Of a DNA stretch of 64,000 bases, positions 35,715-44,622 are shown piece by piece. Position numbers and translations under genes: made by a program. Each line of letters opens with the position of its first letter. Position 1 is the stretch's first letter. Where the stretch lies: contig JBILWX010000003.1 of NCBI GenBank assembly GCA_044369655.1, positions 3,548-67,547 on the forward strand, read 5' to 3'. This stretch comes from Pirellulales bacterium. Lineage in GTDB: Bacteria; Planctomycetota; Planctomycetia; Pirellulales; UBA1268. A model generated the notes under the pieces. That model saw nothing but the letters and a program-made list of their open reading frames with translations, was not told the origin of the DNA and made no database searches.

Positions 35715-37616
35715 ATGGCAGCGCGGAAAAAACCCTCGGTGGTGCTCGCCCTTGGCAAGCACCTGGAGCGTGGTTTGCGACGGTTGAGGCATGGGATTCG
35801 CGACACGCGGGCCGCGGCTACGATTCTCCGAGCCGCCCGCCGTGCCGGGGCTGACACCCTTGCCCGTCTCGCGGCCGGCCTCAGTCCTCCCGACGTGATC
35901 CTCTGCGGGAGTGCCGACACGCCGGCGGCCGCTGACGAGTGCCTCCGCTGTCTTGACGCACTCGCACGTGGTCCGTTGCCACCGCAGCGAGTGTGGCTCG
36001 TCGCCAAGGCGGCAACGCTGGCGCGCGTGCGGCACGGTGTTGGCTCGGGGATTCAGCGGATGCCTGGCCGACAGGCACCTGATCTTCGTTTCGTGGAGGA
36101 TTTTGCAGACGGCGGGCAGCCATCGCTCGTGGGCCTCGCTACCGCCGTGGCCGCCGCCTCGTCCGGCCATGTGCTCCTCTGCGATGTCCGGGCGTCCGTC
36201 TGCAACGACGCGCTTTTGTGGATTGCAGCCGTGCTCGAACAGAAGAGTGGCCAGCATGGCGGTCGTGAGATTCTGGCGGTCTACGGCGACGATGCCGAGA
36301 CCGGCCCTGCCGACAGCCTGTGGACCGCCGCCACGATCGATCACAAGCCCGACTTTTCCTGGACATCGCTGCTCGCGGGCGGCTCTCTCGGCCCGGTCAT
36401 GGCCCTCAAGCGGTCGCTGGCCTTCGCGGCGCTCGACCGGCTCGTCTCCCGCGGCGTGGCGACCGTGTCAGCCGGTGAATCCCTCTACGCACTCGCCCTC
36501 GAGGCGCTTCGCGGTTGCTCGAACGAAGATGTGACGCATATCCAGCACCCCCTCGCGATTCTGCCGAATGGACACGCCGCTGCCGCGGGCGATGACACGG
36601 CTCGTATCGCCTGCGAGGTGCTCAAGGCCCACGGTGTCTCGGCTGCGGTCTCGGCGCATCCCCGGGATGCGTCGCTTCACCAGTTCGTCCTGCATCCGCG
36701 GCGGTCGCCCCAGGTGTCGATCATCGTTCCAACCAAGAATGCAGGAGCGCTCGTGAAGTCATGCGTGCACGATCTGCGCCAACGCGCCGGCTACGACCAC
36801 TATGATGTCACGGTGATCGATCACGAATCAGACGAACCCGAACTGCTCGACTTTCTCCGCCGCGAGTCGGCTGCCGACCGGCTGCGGGTGTTTCCTTACC
36901 GCGGAGCGTTCAATTTCGCGGCCATGAACAATGCGGCCGTGCGGTCCACCCAAGGCTCCCTGCTGCTCTTCCTCAACAACGACGTCGACGGCTTCTCGCC
37001 GCGGTGGCTGGAGCAGATGACGGCGACCTTCGAACTCGATGACCGCATCGGGGCCGTCGGCGCGCTGCTGCACTATCCGGAAGGCGACATCCAGCATGCC
37101 GGTGTCGTGCTCAACGCGAAACGGCTCTGTCAGCACGCCCATTACAACTGGCCGGCAGAGGCGCTTGGGTATCGAGGCCGGATCCGTCGGCTGCAGGAAT
37201 TCTCCGCGGTGACGGCTGCGTGCATGCTCGTCCGCAGAGACGCCTTCGAGGCCGTGGGCGGCTTCGACGAGCAGTTCCCCGACGACTATAACGACATCGA
37301 TCTCTGCCTCAGGCTGCGGGCCGCGGGGTTTGCGATCGTCTACCAGCCGCACGTCGAGGCCACGCACTGGGAGGGACGTACCCGCACCGCCAAGGAAACG
37401 GCGAAGGCCGCGTTCGTCGCCCGCTGGCAGCATGCTTTTCCCCGCGATCCGTTCTACCACCCGTACCTGGCGGTCATCGAATTCCGCCCCGACGGCCTGG
37501 GGCGATTCTGGCGTCAGCGGAAGACCGTGGCGCTCGCCCGTCTGCTGGCGGGCCGCGAGCCAGACGGCGGCGAACAGGTGCTGGTGCCGCCGCCGTGCCG
37601 CGGCCGGGCGGCCTGA
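35715..37616 (+). CDS. family 2 glycosyltransferase with ~330-aa uncharacterised N-terminal region
   Basis: ATG at 35715; upstream of that the track ORF is antisense to rmlB. The C-terminal GT-A module reads VSIIVPTKN..VIDHESD..FLNNDVD..DIDLCLRL. Confidence 0.8.
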   Translation: MAARKKPSVVLALGKHLERGLRRLRHGIRDTRAAATILRAARRAGADTLARLAAGLSPPDVILCGSADTPAAADECLRCLDALARGPLPPQRVWLVAKAATLARVRHGVGSGIQRMPGRQAPDLRFVEDFADGGQPSLVGLATAVAAASSGHVLLCDVRASVCNDALLWIAAVLEQKSGQHGGREILAVYGDDAETGPADSLWTAATIDHKPDFSWTSLLAGGSLGPVMALKRSLAFAALDRLVSRGVATVSAGESLYALALEALRGCSNEDVTHIQHPLAILPNGHAAAAGDDTARIACEVLKAHGVSAAVSAHPRDASLHQFVLHPRRSPQVSIIVPTKNAGALVKSCVHDLRQRAGYDHYDVTVIDHESDEPELLDFLRRESAADRLRVFPYRGAFNFAAMNNAAVRSTQGSLLLFLNNDVDGFSPRWLEQMTATFELDDRIGAVGALLHYPEGDIQHAGVVLNAKRLCQHAHYNWPAEALGYRGRIRRLQEFSAVTAACMLVRRDAFEAVGGFDEQFPDDYNDIDLCLRLRAAGFAIVYQPHVEATHWEGRTRTAKETAKAAFVARWQHAFPRDPFYHPYLAVIEFRPDGLGRFWRQRKTVALARLLAGREPDGGEQVLVPPPCRGRAA

Positions 37617-37815
37617 CATCAAGCACCGATCGGGTGTGCACGATGGCGATCGCCCCGCGCGGGCTCCCTGAGCGGACGAATTCTCGCCATGTGCTCTGGC
37701 GTCACTCGCCCGTGCGCTGGTATCCCCCCTCGAGGCGGTGGCTGGAGCAAGCCGTCACCAAGCAAGCCCGTAATCGAATCGTCGTCCACGTCTCCTCTCG
37801 GTGGCCAATCACGCT

Positions 37816-38745
37816 ATGACAGCTCATCCGATCGACACCACCCCGCTCAAGGGCATCGTCCTGGCGGGCGGATCGGGAACCCGCCTGCATCCCATGACGC
37901 TGGCGATTTCCAAGCAACTGTTGCCGGTCTACGACAAGCCGATGGTCTACTACCCGCTGTCGACGCTGATGCTCGCCGGCATCCGCGACATCCTCCTGAT
38001 CTCCACGCCCCATGACCTGCCGCATTTTCAGCGGCTGCTCGGCGACGGCTCACAGTTTGGCGTGGCGCTCTCCTACGCGGAGCAGCCGCAGCCCGACGGG
38101 CTGGCGCAGGCGTTCGTGATCGGCCGCGATTTTCTCGGAGGAGAGCGGGCAGCCCTCGTCCTCGGCGACAACATCTTCCACGGGCACGGCTTCCAGGCCG
38201 TGCTCCACGCCGCCGCGGCGCGGCAGCGGGGAGCCACGATTTTCGCCTATCCGGTCCGCGATCCCGAACGCTTCGGTGTGGTGGAGTTTGACGAGGGCGG
38301 CAGGGCCTTGTCGCTCGAGGAAAAGCCGCGACAGCCGAAATCTCATTTCGCCGTGCCAGGCCTCTACTTCTATGACGCCGACGTGGCCGACATCGCCCGC
38401 AGCCTGAAGCCGAGCAGCCGAGGCGAACTGGAGATCACCGACTTGAACAGGGTGTATCTCGAGCGCGGTGATCTCCGGGTAGAGAAGCTCGGCCGCGGCT
38501 TTGCCTGGCTCGACACGGGCACGCCCGACTCGCTCCTGCAGGCGACCTCGTTCGTGCAGACGATCCAGGAGCGGCAGGGGTTGAAGATCGCCTGCCTCGA
38601 GGAAATCGGCATGCACATGGGATACCTGTCGCCGGCTGAAGTCGCCGAACGGGCCCTCCGGATGAAGAGCGATTACGGGCGGTATCTCGCGGACATCGCC
38701 GCGGAATCGCTGGCCGAGACGTCGTCGCGGAAGGTGGCCGCGTAA
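37816..38745 (+). CDS. rmlA: glucose-1-phosphate thymidylyltransferase
   Basis: [46 protein letters not shown] at 37816; the track start at 37801 is a GTG. Confidence 0.95.
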   Translation: MTAHPIDTTPLKGIVLAGGSGTRLHPMTLAISKQLLPVYDKPMVYYPLSTLMLAGIRDILLISTPHDLPHFQRLLGDGSQFGVALSYAEQPQPDGLAQAFVIGRDFLGGERAALVLGDNIFHGHGFQAVLHAAAARQRGATIFAYPVRDPERFGVVEFDEGGRALSLEEKPRQPKSHFAVPGLYFYDADVADIARSLKPSSRGELEITDLNRVYLERGDLRVEKLGRGFAWLDTGTPDSLLQATSFVQTIQERQGLKIACLEEIGMHMGYLSPAEVAERALRMKSDYGRYLADIAAESLAETSSRKVAA

Positions 38746-38776
38746 GCCCCTGGAACCGATCCCAGGCAGACGCCTT

Positions 38777-39643
38777 ATGAACGCTCCATCACCGCCGACC
38801 CGTGCGCTGGTCTATGCCCACTGGGATCGCGACGGGATCGTGGATCCCTACGTGATCCACGCGTTGCGAGAATATCGGACCGTCGTCGACCGCATCGTGT
38901 TCGTCTCCACGCACTGTACGAGTGAAAGCCCTGCGCTCTCGTCGCTGGTGGACGACGTCATCGTGCGCGAAAACCTGGGCTTCGATTTCGCGAGCTGGCG
39001 AGAGGGGCTTCTGCGGCTCGACGTCCCGGCGTACGACGAGATTCTCTTCACCAACAGCAGCGTGTACGGACCGCTCTGGCCGATCGCGAGTTGTCTGAAC
39101 ACCGCGGTGGCCCACCAGAGCGACCTCTGGGGTATGACGGTGTCACTGGAGCCGGAGGAGCACTTGCAGTCCTACTTCATGGGCATGTCCCGGCGGCTGA
39201 TGACCTCCGACTGCGGCAGGCGGCTCTGGGAGGACGTACGGCCCGTGCCCACCAAACGAGACGCCATCGATGCCTACGAACTCCGCTGGATGCGGGACTG
39301 CTGCGCGAATGGCTTCGCCGTCCATGCGCTGTTCGACGGCCGCCAGCATCCGCAGGTGCCGGTACTTGAACAGCTTTCCAACATGGCCTGCTGGCCACCC
39401 TGGCAAAAGCGGGTGCGGCGGTATCGTCGCAGCATCCGCCGACCAACCTACAACCCGACGCATCTCCAGTGGAAGCAGGTGTTGGAAGCCGGCGTGCCGC
39501 TGCTCAAGGTGGACCTGCTGCGCGACAATCCCGTCGGCATCGATGCCCGACGCATCCATGATTGGCTGAGAAGCCACACCGGCTACCCGGTGGAAATCAT
39601 CCGCAGCCATCTTGATCGGATGTCCCGCGCAGCCGCGGCCTGA
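38777..39643 (+). CDS. RgpF-like (rhamnan synthesis protein F family) glycosyltransferase
   Basis: Blocks RENLGFDFASW, DLWGMT and LQSYFMGM recall the RgpF family. Recognised by eye only. Confidence 0.55.
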   Translation: MNAPSPPTRALVYAHWDRDGIVDPYVIHALREYRTVVDRIVFVSTHCTSESPALSSLVDDVIVRENLGFDFASWREGLLRLDVPAYDEILFTNSSVYGPLWPIASCLNTAVAHQSDLWGMTVSLEPEEHLQSYFMGMSRRLMTSDCGRRLWEDVRPVPTKRDAIDAYELRWMRDCCANGFAVHALFDGRQHPQVPVLEQLSNMACWPPWQKRVRRYRRSIRRPTYNPTHLQWKQVLEAGVPLLKVDLLRDNPVGIDARRIHDWLRSHTGYPVEIIRSHLDRMSRAAAA

Positions 39644-39843
39644 CATGCCGAAAGTGGGGGCCTGAGGGGGCCTGGCGAGGCTTGCGAAGCCCGTGGCGCC
39701 GCAGAATTTGCCGGATCGGCACAAAACCTCATGGGAGGAACAGGGGCCGTCCGATATCCCTGCCTAAGGGGGGATCGCGGATTGCGCGACGGAGTGTCGC
39801 TCGACGCTGTGCCTCGTCCAGTCATTTTCCTAGGCCTCTGCTC

Positions 39844-40941
39844 ATGAGTCGGCTCTCGAATCTCATCCGAACCCTCGTCAGGCGTGTGCCATACCGGCCG
39901 TTTCCATCGGCATGCGCTCGCAAACCTCCGCTCGTGTTGCACATTGGCCCGCACAAGACCGGCACCACTGCGATCCAGTTGTTCTGCGAGCGAAATCGCA
40001 AACTGCTCGCCAAGGCGGGGTTCTGGTATCCAGAAGTCGGTGCCGCCAGTGGACAGCACATGATCTTGCCGGGGTGCTATCTCAGACATCATCCGCACAT
40101 TCCGGAATCGTTGCTCGGAGGGTGTCCGGACGACTTGGTCGCCGCCATCGCCGCTGAAGTGCCTCGTGGGCTTACGCCGTTGATGAGCAGCGAGGTTTAT
40201 TGGGAACTCTTATGCAATCAGCCAGAGGCATTCGAATCGGCTTTGGGGGTGCTTGCCAGTCGATATCACGTGCACATCGTCGTGACTAAACGGCCAGTCG
40301 TGGAGCGCGTCTGGAGCGCCATGAAATTCAAATCACGGCTGGGATTTGCTTTTGAACCAGCCGTGGAGTTTGCGCGGTTACGAGACGTCAATAGCCGCGC
40401 GGAGGAAAGGCTCGTCAACGTAGGATACTCCGTGATCCGGGTTCCATACGACGATGCCGACTGCATTTCGCCATTCCTGAGATCTCTTGCGTCGCCACTC
40501 GTGCAGCAGCAGTCTGTTCGACTACGAGAGCTCGACGCCCTTGTTGAAAGATGCCGTGCAGCTTCACCGAAGCTACGGGAAAATGCCGCACCCGCAGAGC
40601 CTTGGTTCGTTGCCTTTACGTTGGAGTTGTCGAGGCGGTTACTGGCGGCGAAGGAAAGCAGCAGCCACTATCACAGTCGTATCGCTGTGTTTTTGCGAGA
40701 TGCCAAGGCGATCGGCTGCAGACTGGAGTCAATCCGTCTGCTACCCGCCGAGGAGACGGTCCTCAGCCGCATCGTCGAAGCAAGCCGTTCTCGTGCCGTG
40801 CTCCGTACGCCCATGGAAGTGCAGGCGTGGGAATCGATCTGCGGTCACCCGGCCGTCCAACAGGTGGCGCTGCGCACAGGCTGCGCGGACGAATTGAGAG
40901 CGGTCCGTCAGCCCTGGGGCCATTACCGACGGGCTGCCTGA
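39844..40941 (+). CDS. sulfotransferase-like P-loop protein
   Basis: ATG at 39844 (MSRLSNLIRTL). The loop LHIGPHKTGTTAIQLF resembles the PAPS 5'-phosphosulfate-binding loop. The remainder is unassigned. Confidence 0.45.
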   Translation: MSRLSNLIRTLVRRVPYRPFPSACARKPPLVLHIGPHKTGTTAIQLFCERNRKLLAKAGFWYPEVGAASGQHMILPGCYLRHHPHIPESLLGGCPDDLVAAIAAEVPRGLTPLMSSEVYWELLCNQPEAFESALGVLASRYHVHIVVTKRPVVERVWSAMKFKSRLGFAFEPAVEFARLRDVNSRAEERLVNVGYSVIRVPYDDADCISPFLRSLASPLVQQQSVRLRELDALVERCRAASPKLRENAAPAEPWFVAFTLELSRRLLAAKESSSHYHSRIAVFLRDAKAIGCRLESIRLLPAEETVLSRIVEASRSRAVLRTPMEVQAWESICGHPAVQQVALRTGCADELRAVRQPWGHYRRAA

Positions 40942-41168
40942 GGCTTCTGGCCTTGGCGGCCAGTGGTACCCATCACGGCCAGAGGCGGCGGTGGGACTGG
41001 GGTGGCTGGGGTGGCGCGGCGCCGCAATGTCTGTGCAACCGGTAAAAAGGCTCATTTGGAGGGGGGCGGTGGGTCGATACCCGCCGGAGGAGAGATAGGA
41101 GAGAGCAGACGACACCTCGTCTGTTCGCTGCTGGAACTCAACGATACTGTGACCGAGCGAGTATTTCC

Positions 41169-42080
41169 ATGAGCCGCCTCACCCGCTTTCTGCGTTCGGT
41201 CTGCACGCCGCGTGTGGATGGGCGCCTCCTGCCGCTGCAGCAACCTGGGTTTCCAGTCGCCGTCTGCTGGTCGGCGAAGAGCGGGTGCACGACGGTGCTG
41301 AAGTGGTTCCTTACCCAGAATGGCCTGCTCGACGAGGCGCTCGCATACAACGACTGGATTCACGCGTATCGGCAAGACAGATTGTTTGCCGCAAAGGGCT
41401 ACGCGCTTCAGTGCGAAAGGCTCTTCAAGCAAACCCATCGAAACACCCTCATCATCAGAGTGATCCGTGATCCTGCCTCGCGGGCTGTCAGCAGCTTCCT
41501 GCATTTTCTGCGATACGAGCATGATCGAGAGCGTTGGCCAGACGCCATCGAACTGACCCGATGGAAGGCAGCCGTCGGGCTTGCAGGACAGCAGGGACTC
41601 AGTTTCCAGCAATTTCTTCTGTACGTGGCAGCGCAGCAGGTGAATCACAGATTGATCGACCCTCATTTCAGGCCGCAGTACGATGCGCAACAGGATGCAA
41701 GGGTCGACACCTATGTCAGGCTGGAAGATCTGGCCGCCGGGTTGAGGTCGGTCGAAGACCGCTGCGGATTGCCTCACATGGATCTGGACGATCTGAGTCG
41801 TTCTCCCCACCATAACCCGGCCACGTCGAACCACGGCTGGCCAACGCGCGCCTCGCAGTTTCCTGCAGATCGCACCACCCTCCGCGAACTCGGGACGCCT
41901 CCAGTGCAGGCTTTTCTTGATGCTGAAACGAAGGTGCTTGTGCGTACGGCCTACTGGACCGACTACGAGGCCTACGGTCACTACTATGACGCCGCCCCGA
42001 CCACGACGCTGCCTTTGCCATCTGCAGACCGGGAAAAAACGGGCGAGGATCGTTCAGGCCGATTGCAGCGGGCGTCCTGA
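41169..42080 (+). CDS. sulfotransferase family protein, copy 2
   Basis: WSAKSGCTTVLKWF and VIRDPASRAVSSF. Collinear with 29822..30727 over nearly the full length. Confidence 0.6.
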   Translation: MSRLTRFLRSVCTPRVDGRLLPLQQPGFPVAVCWSAKSGCTTVLKWFLTQNGLLDEALAYNDWIHAYRQDRLFAAKGYALQCERLFKQTHRNTLIIRVIRDPASRAVSSFLHFLRYEHDRERWPDAIELTRWKAAVGLAGQQGLSFQQFLLYVAAQQVNHRLIDPHFRPQYDAQQDARVDTYVRLEDLAAGLRSVEDRCGLPHMDLDDLSRSPHHNPATSNHGWPTRASQFPADRTTLRELGTPPVQAFLDAETKVLVRTAYWTDYEAYGHYYDAAPTTTLPLPSADREKTGEDRSGRLQRAS

Positions 42081-42358
42081 GGGCTGTCTTGCCCACCGAG
42101 GCACCGACTCGCTGTGCCGGTGATCGAGTTGCCGCCGATCGAGCCTTGGGCGTCGGCGATTCTCCGCCTCCCAAGCTGGGTGGTGACGTCTCCATACTTC
42201 GGGCCGCCTGCGCGGGCCGCCTGTCGCCCGACACGGGGCCATGACTCTGCCGTTGGCGTTCAGTTTGCGGGCTCCGACGGCCGATAACACCTTGGTGGCG
42301 GGTGTGCGGGCCGGCTGGTTGCAGTCGGTCTCATCCATGGTCTTTGGGGTGTCTATCG

Positions 42359-43537
42359 ATGTTCACAAACCGGCTTTGCCCGCAGCGGATCACCCGGCCG
42401 GCCCCCGTCGACAGGCCCCGCGTCGTGCTCGATCTCGAAAAACTCCGGCACGCCAACTGCGGGCTGGGCCGGTTCTGCCGGCACCTGGCCGAGGGCATTC
42501 TGGCGCTTGGCGAACAGTCCTTCGCCCCCGTCTTTTTTCTGCCGCAGGCGCTGCCAAAGGAAACCGTTCGGCACTTCCGTTCCGAGGGCGTCGAGCAGAT
42601 CGAGGTGAGCCCCTGGCGAAAGGAGTCGTTTGCCAGTCTCTACCGGCCGTTCCTCGCGCCTTTCCAGCGGCGGCACCGCTATGACCTCTGGCACGTCACG
42701 AACCAGACCAGCAAATATCTGCCGCTCGATCCCACCGTGCCCGTCGTGCTCACGATCCACGACCTGAACTTCCTCCACGATGACCGGCACAAGGACAGGC
42801 CCCGGGCCGTGGCCCGCAAGCTGGCCGACGTGCAGAGAAAGGTGGATCGGGCGACGGCCATCGTCACCGATTCCCGCTACGTGGCTGATGACGTCGCCGC
42901 GCACCTCCGGCTCGGCGGCAGGCCGGTGCACGTGGTCGCACCGGGCCTCTCCGCGCCACCGGCCGCGTCGACGGTGGCCCCGGCATGGGCACCCCGCGGC
43001 CGCTTTCTCCTCTCGATCGGCAACTGCCTGCCCCACAAGAATTTTCATGCGCTCTTCGGACTGATTGAAACGCTGCCCGAGTTCACGCTCGTCATCGCGG
43101 GCAAAAGGGAGACGCCGTATGGCGAGCATCTCGGCCGCGAAGTGGCCGCCCGCAACCTCGGTGACCGTGTGATCCTCACGGGGCAGGTGTCCGACGGCGA
43201 CCGGCAGTGGCTCTACGAGCACTGCGAGGCGTTCGTGTTTCCATCGCTCACCGAGGGCTTTGGATTCCCGGTGCTCGAGGCGATGCAGTGCGGCAAGCCG
43301 GTGTTCATGTCCCGCCGCACGAGCCTCCCGGAACTGGGCGGGTCGCTGGGCTTCTACTGGGACTCCTTCGGGGCCGAGCACATGGCCGCGGTGTTTCGGT
43401 CAGGCATGGCGGCGGCGGCGGCCCTGCCGACCTTCGCTGCGGCGGCCCGCGCCCGGGCAGCCGAGTTTTCCTGGGAAAATGCAGCTCGTGGCTATTTGCG
43501 GGTCTACCGCTCCGTTCTCGATCCGGTAGCGGCCTGA
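42359..43537 (+). CDS. glycosyltransferase family 4 (GT-B), island copy 2
   Basis: Collinear with 23612..24736, with the same [17 protein letters not shown] motif. ATG at 42359 aligns with the copy-1 start; the track start at 42302 is a GTG. Confidence 0.85.
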   Translation: MFTNRLCPQRITRPAPVDRPRVVLDLEKLRHANCGLGRFCRHLAEGILALGEQSFAPVFFLPQALPKETVRHFRSEGVEQIEVSPWRKESFASLYRPFLAPFQRRHRYDLWHVTNQTSKYLPLDPTVPVVLTIHDLNFLHDDRHKDRPRAVARKLADVQRKVDRATAIVTDSRYVADDVAAHLRLGGRPVHVVAPGLSAPPAASTVAPAWAPRGRFLLSIGNCLPHKNFHALFGLIETLPEFTLVIAGKRETPYGEHLGREVAARNLGDRVILTGQVSDGDRQWLYEHCEAFVFPSLTEGFGFPVLEAMQCGKPVFMSRRTSLPELGGSLGFYWDSFGAEHMAAVFRSGMAAAAALPTFAAAARARAAEFSWENAARGYLRVYRSVLDPVAA

Positions 43538-43589
43538 GCGTCGCCGGTGGGGCAGAAGCTGCTCTTTCGACCACCCCGTGGGAAGTGCT

Positions 43590-44621
43590 ATGACTCCCGA
43601 GACCATGTCCATCGCGACGCTTCCAAAGCCTGCGTCCTCCCGAACCGCCCTTATCTGCGGGATGGGGGGCCAGGACGGCAGCTACCTGGCGGCGCACCTG
43701 CTCGATCTTGGCTACACGGTGATCGGCACCAGCCGCGACGCCCAGGCCAGCCGCTTCGACGGGCTCGTGCGGCTGGGCATCCGCGACCGCGTGCAGGTGG
43801 AGTCGATGTCGCTCGTCGACTTCCGTTCCACGATGCAGGTCCTCTCCCGCACACGGCCCGACGAGGTCTACAACCTCGCCGGCCAGACCTCCGTGGGGCT
43901 CTCGTTCAACCAGCCGGTGGAAACCTTCGAGAGTATCGTCATCGGCACGGTCAACCTGCTCGAGGCGATCCGCATGCTCGGCCGGCCGATCCGGCTCTAC
44001 AACGCCGGCAGTTCCGAGATGTTCGGCAACACCGGCGACCAGCCGGCCGGCGAAACGACCGTGCTCAGACCCTGCAGCCCCTACGGCATCGCCAAGGCGA
44101 CGTCGTTCTGGCAGATCGCGCAGTACCGTCAGGCGTACAAGATCGAGGCCTGCACCGGCATCCTCTTCAACCACGAAAGTCCGTTGCGTCCCGAGCGCTT
44201 CGTCACGCAGAAGATCGTGGCGGGCGCCTGCCGCGTGGCCGCCGGCGAGCAGGACGTGCTCAGCCTGGGCGACCTCTCCGTCCGTCGCGACTGGGGCTGG
44301 GCACCGGAGTATGTCGTCGCCATGCACCGCATGCTGCAGCTCGACACGCTCGAGGATTTCGTGATCGCCACCGGCCAGACGACGAGCCTCGAGGACTTTG
44401 TCCGCGAGGTGTTCGCCAGCCTCGGCCTCGACTGGCGGAAGCACGTCGTCCGCGATCCCGCGCTCATGCGGCCGAGCGAGATCCTCTCGGGCCAGGCCGA
44501 CACATCGCACGCCACCGCACAGCTCGGCTGGACGGCGCGATACCACATGAGGGATGTCGCGCGGATGATGGTGGAGGCGCGGCTCGCGGCGCAGGCCCCG
44601 GCGATACGCCGCGCGGCGTGA
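43590..44621 (+). CDS. GDP-mannose 4,6-dehydratase family protein (divergent paralog)
   Basis: [29 protein letters not shown] and [20 protein letters not shown]. Start at ATG 43590 or 43605; the track start at 43578 is a GTG. Confidence 0.8.
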   Translation: MTPETMSIATLPKPASSRTALICGMGGQDGSYLAAHLLDLGYTVIGTSRDAQASRFDGLVRLGIRDRVQVESMSLVDFRSTMQVLSRTRPDEVYNLAGQTSVGLSFNQPVETFESIVIGTVNLLEAIRMLGRPIRLYNAGSSEMFGNTGDQPAGETTVLRPCSPYGIAKATSFWQIAQYRQAYKIEACTGILFNHESPLRPERFVTQKIVAGACRVAAGEQDVLSLGDLSVRRDWGWAPEYVVAMHRMLQLDTLEDFVIATGQTTSLEDFVREVFASLGLDWRKHVVRDPALMRPSEILSGQADTSHATAQLGWTARYHMRDVARMMVEARLAAQAPAIRRAA

Positions 44622-44622
44622 G

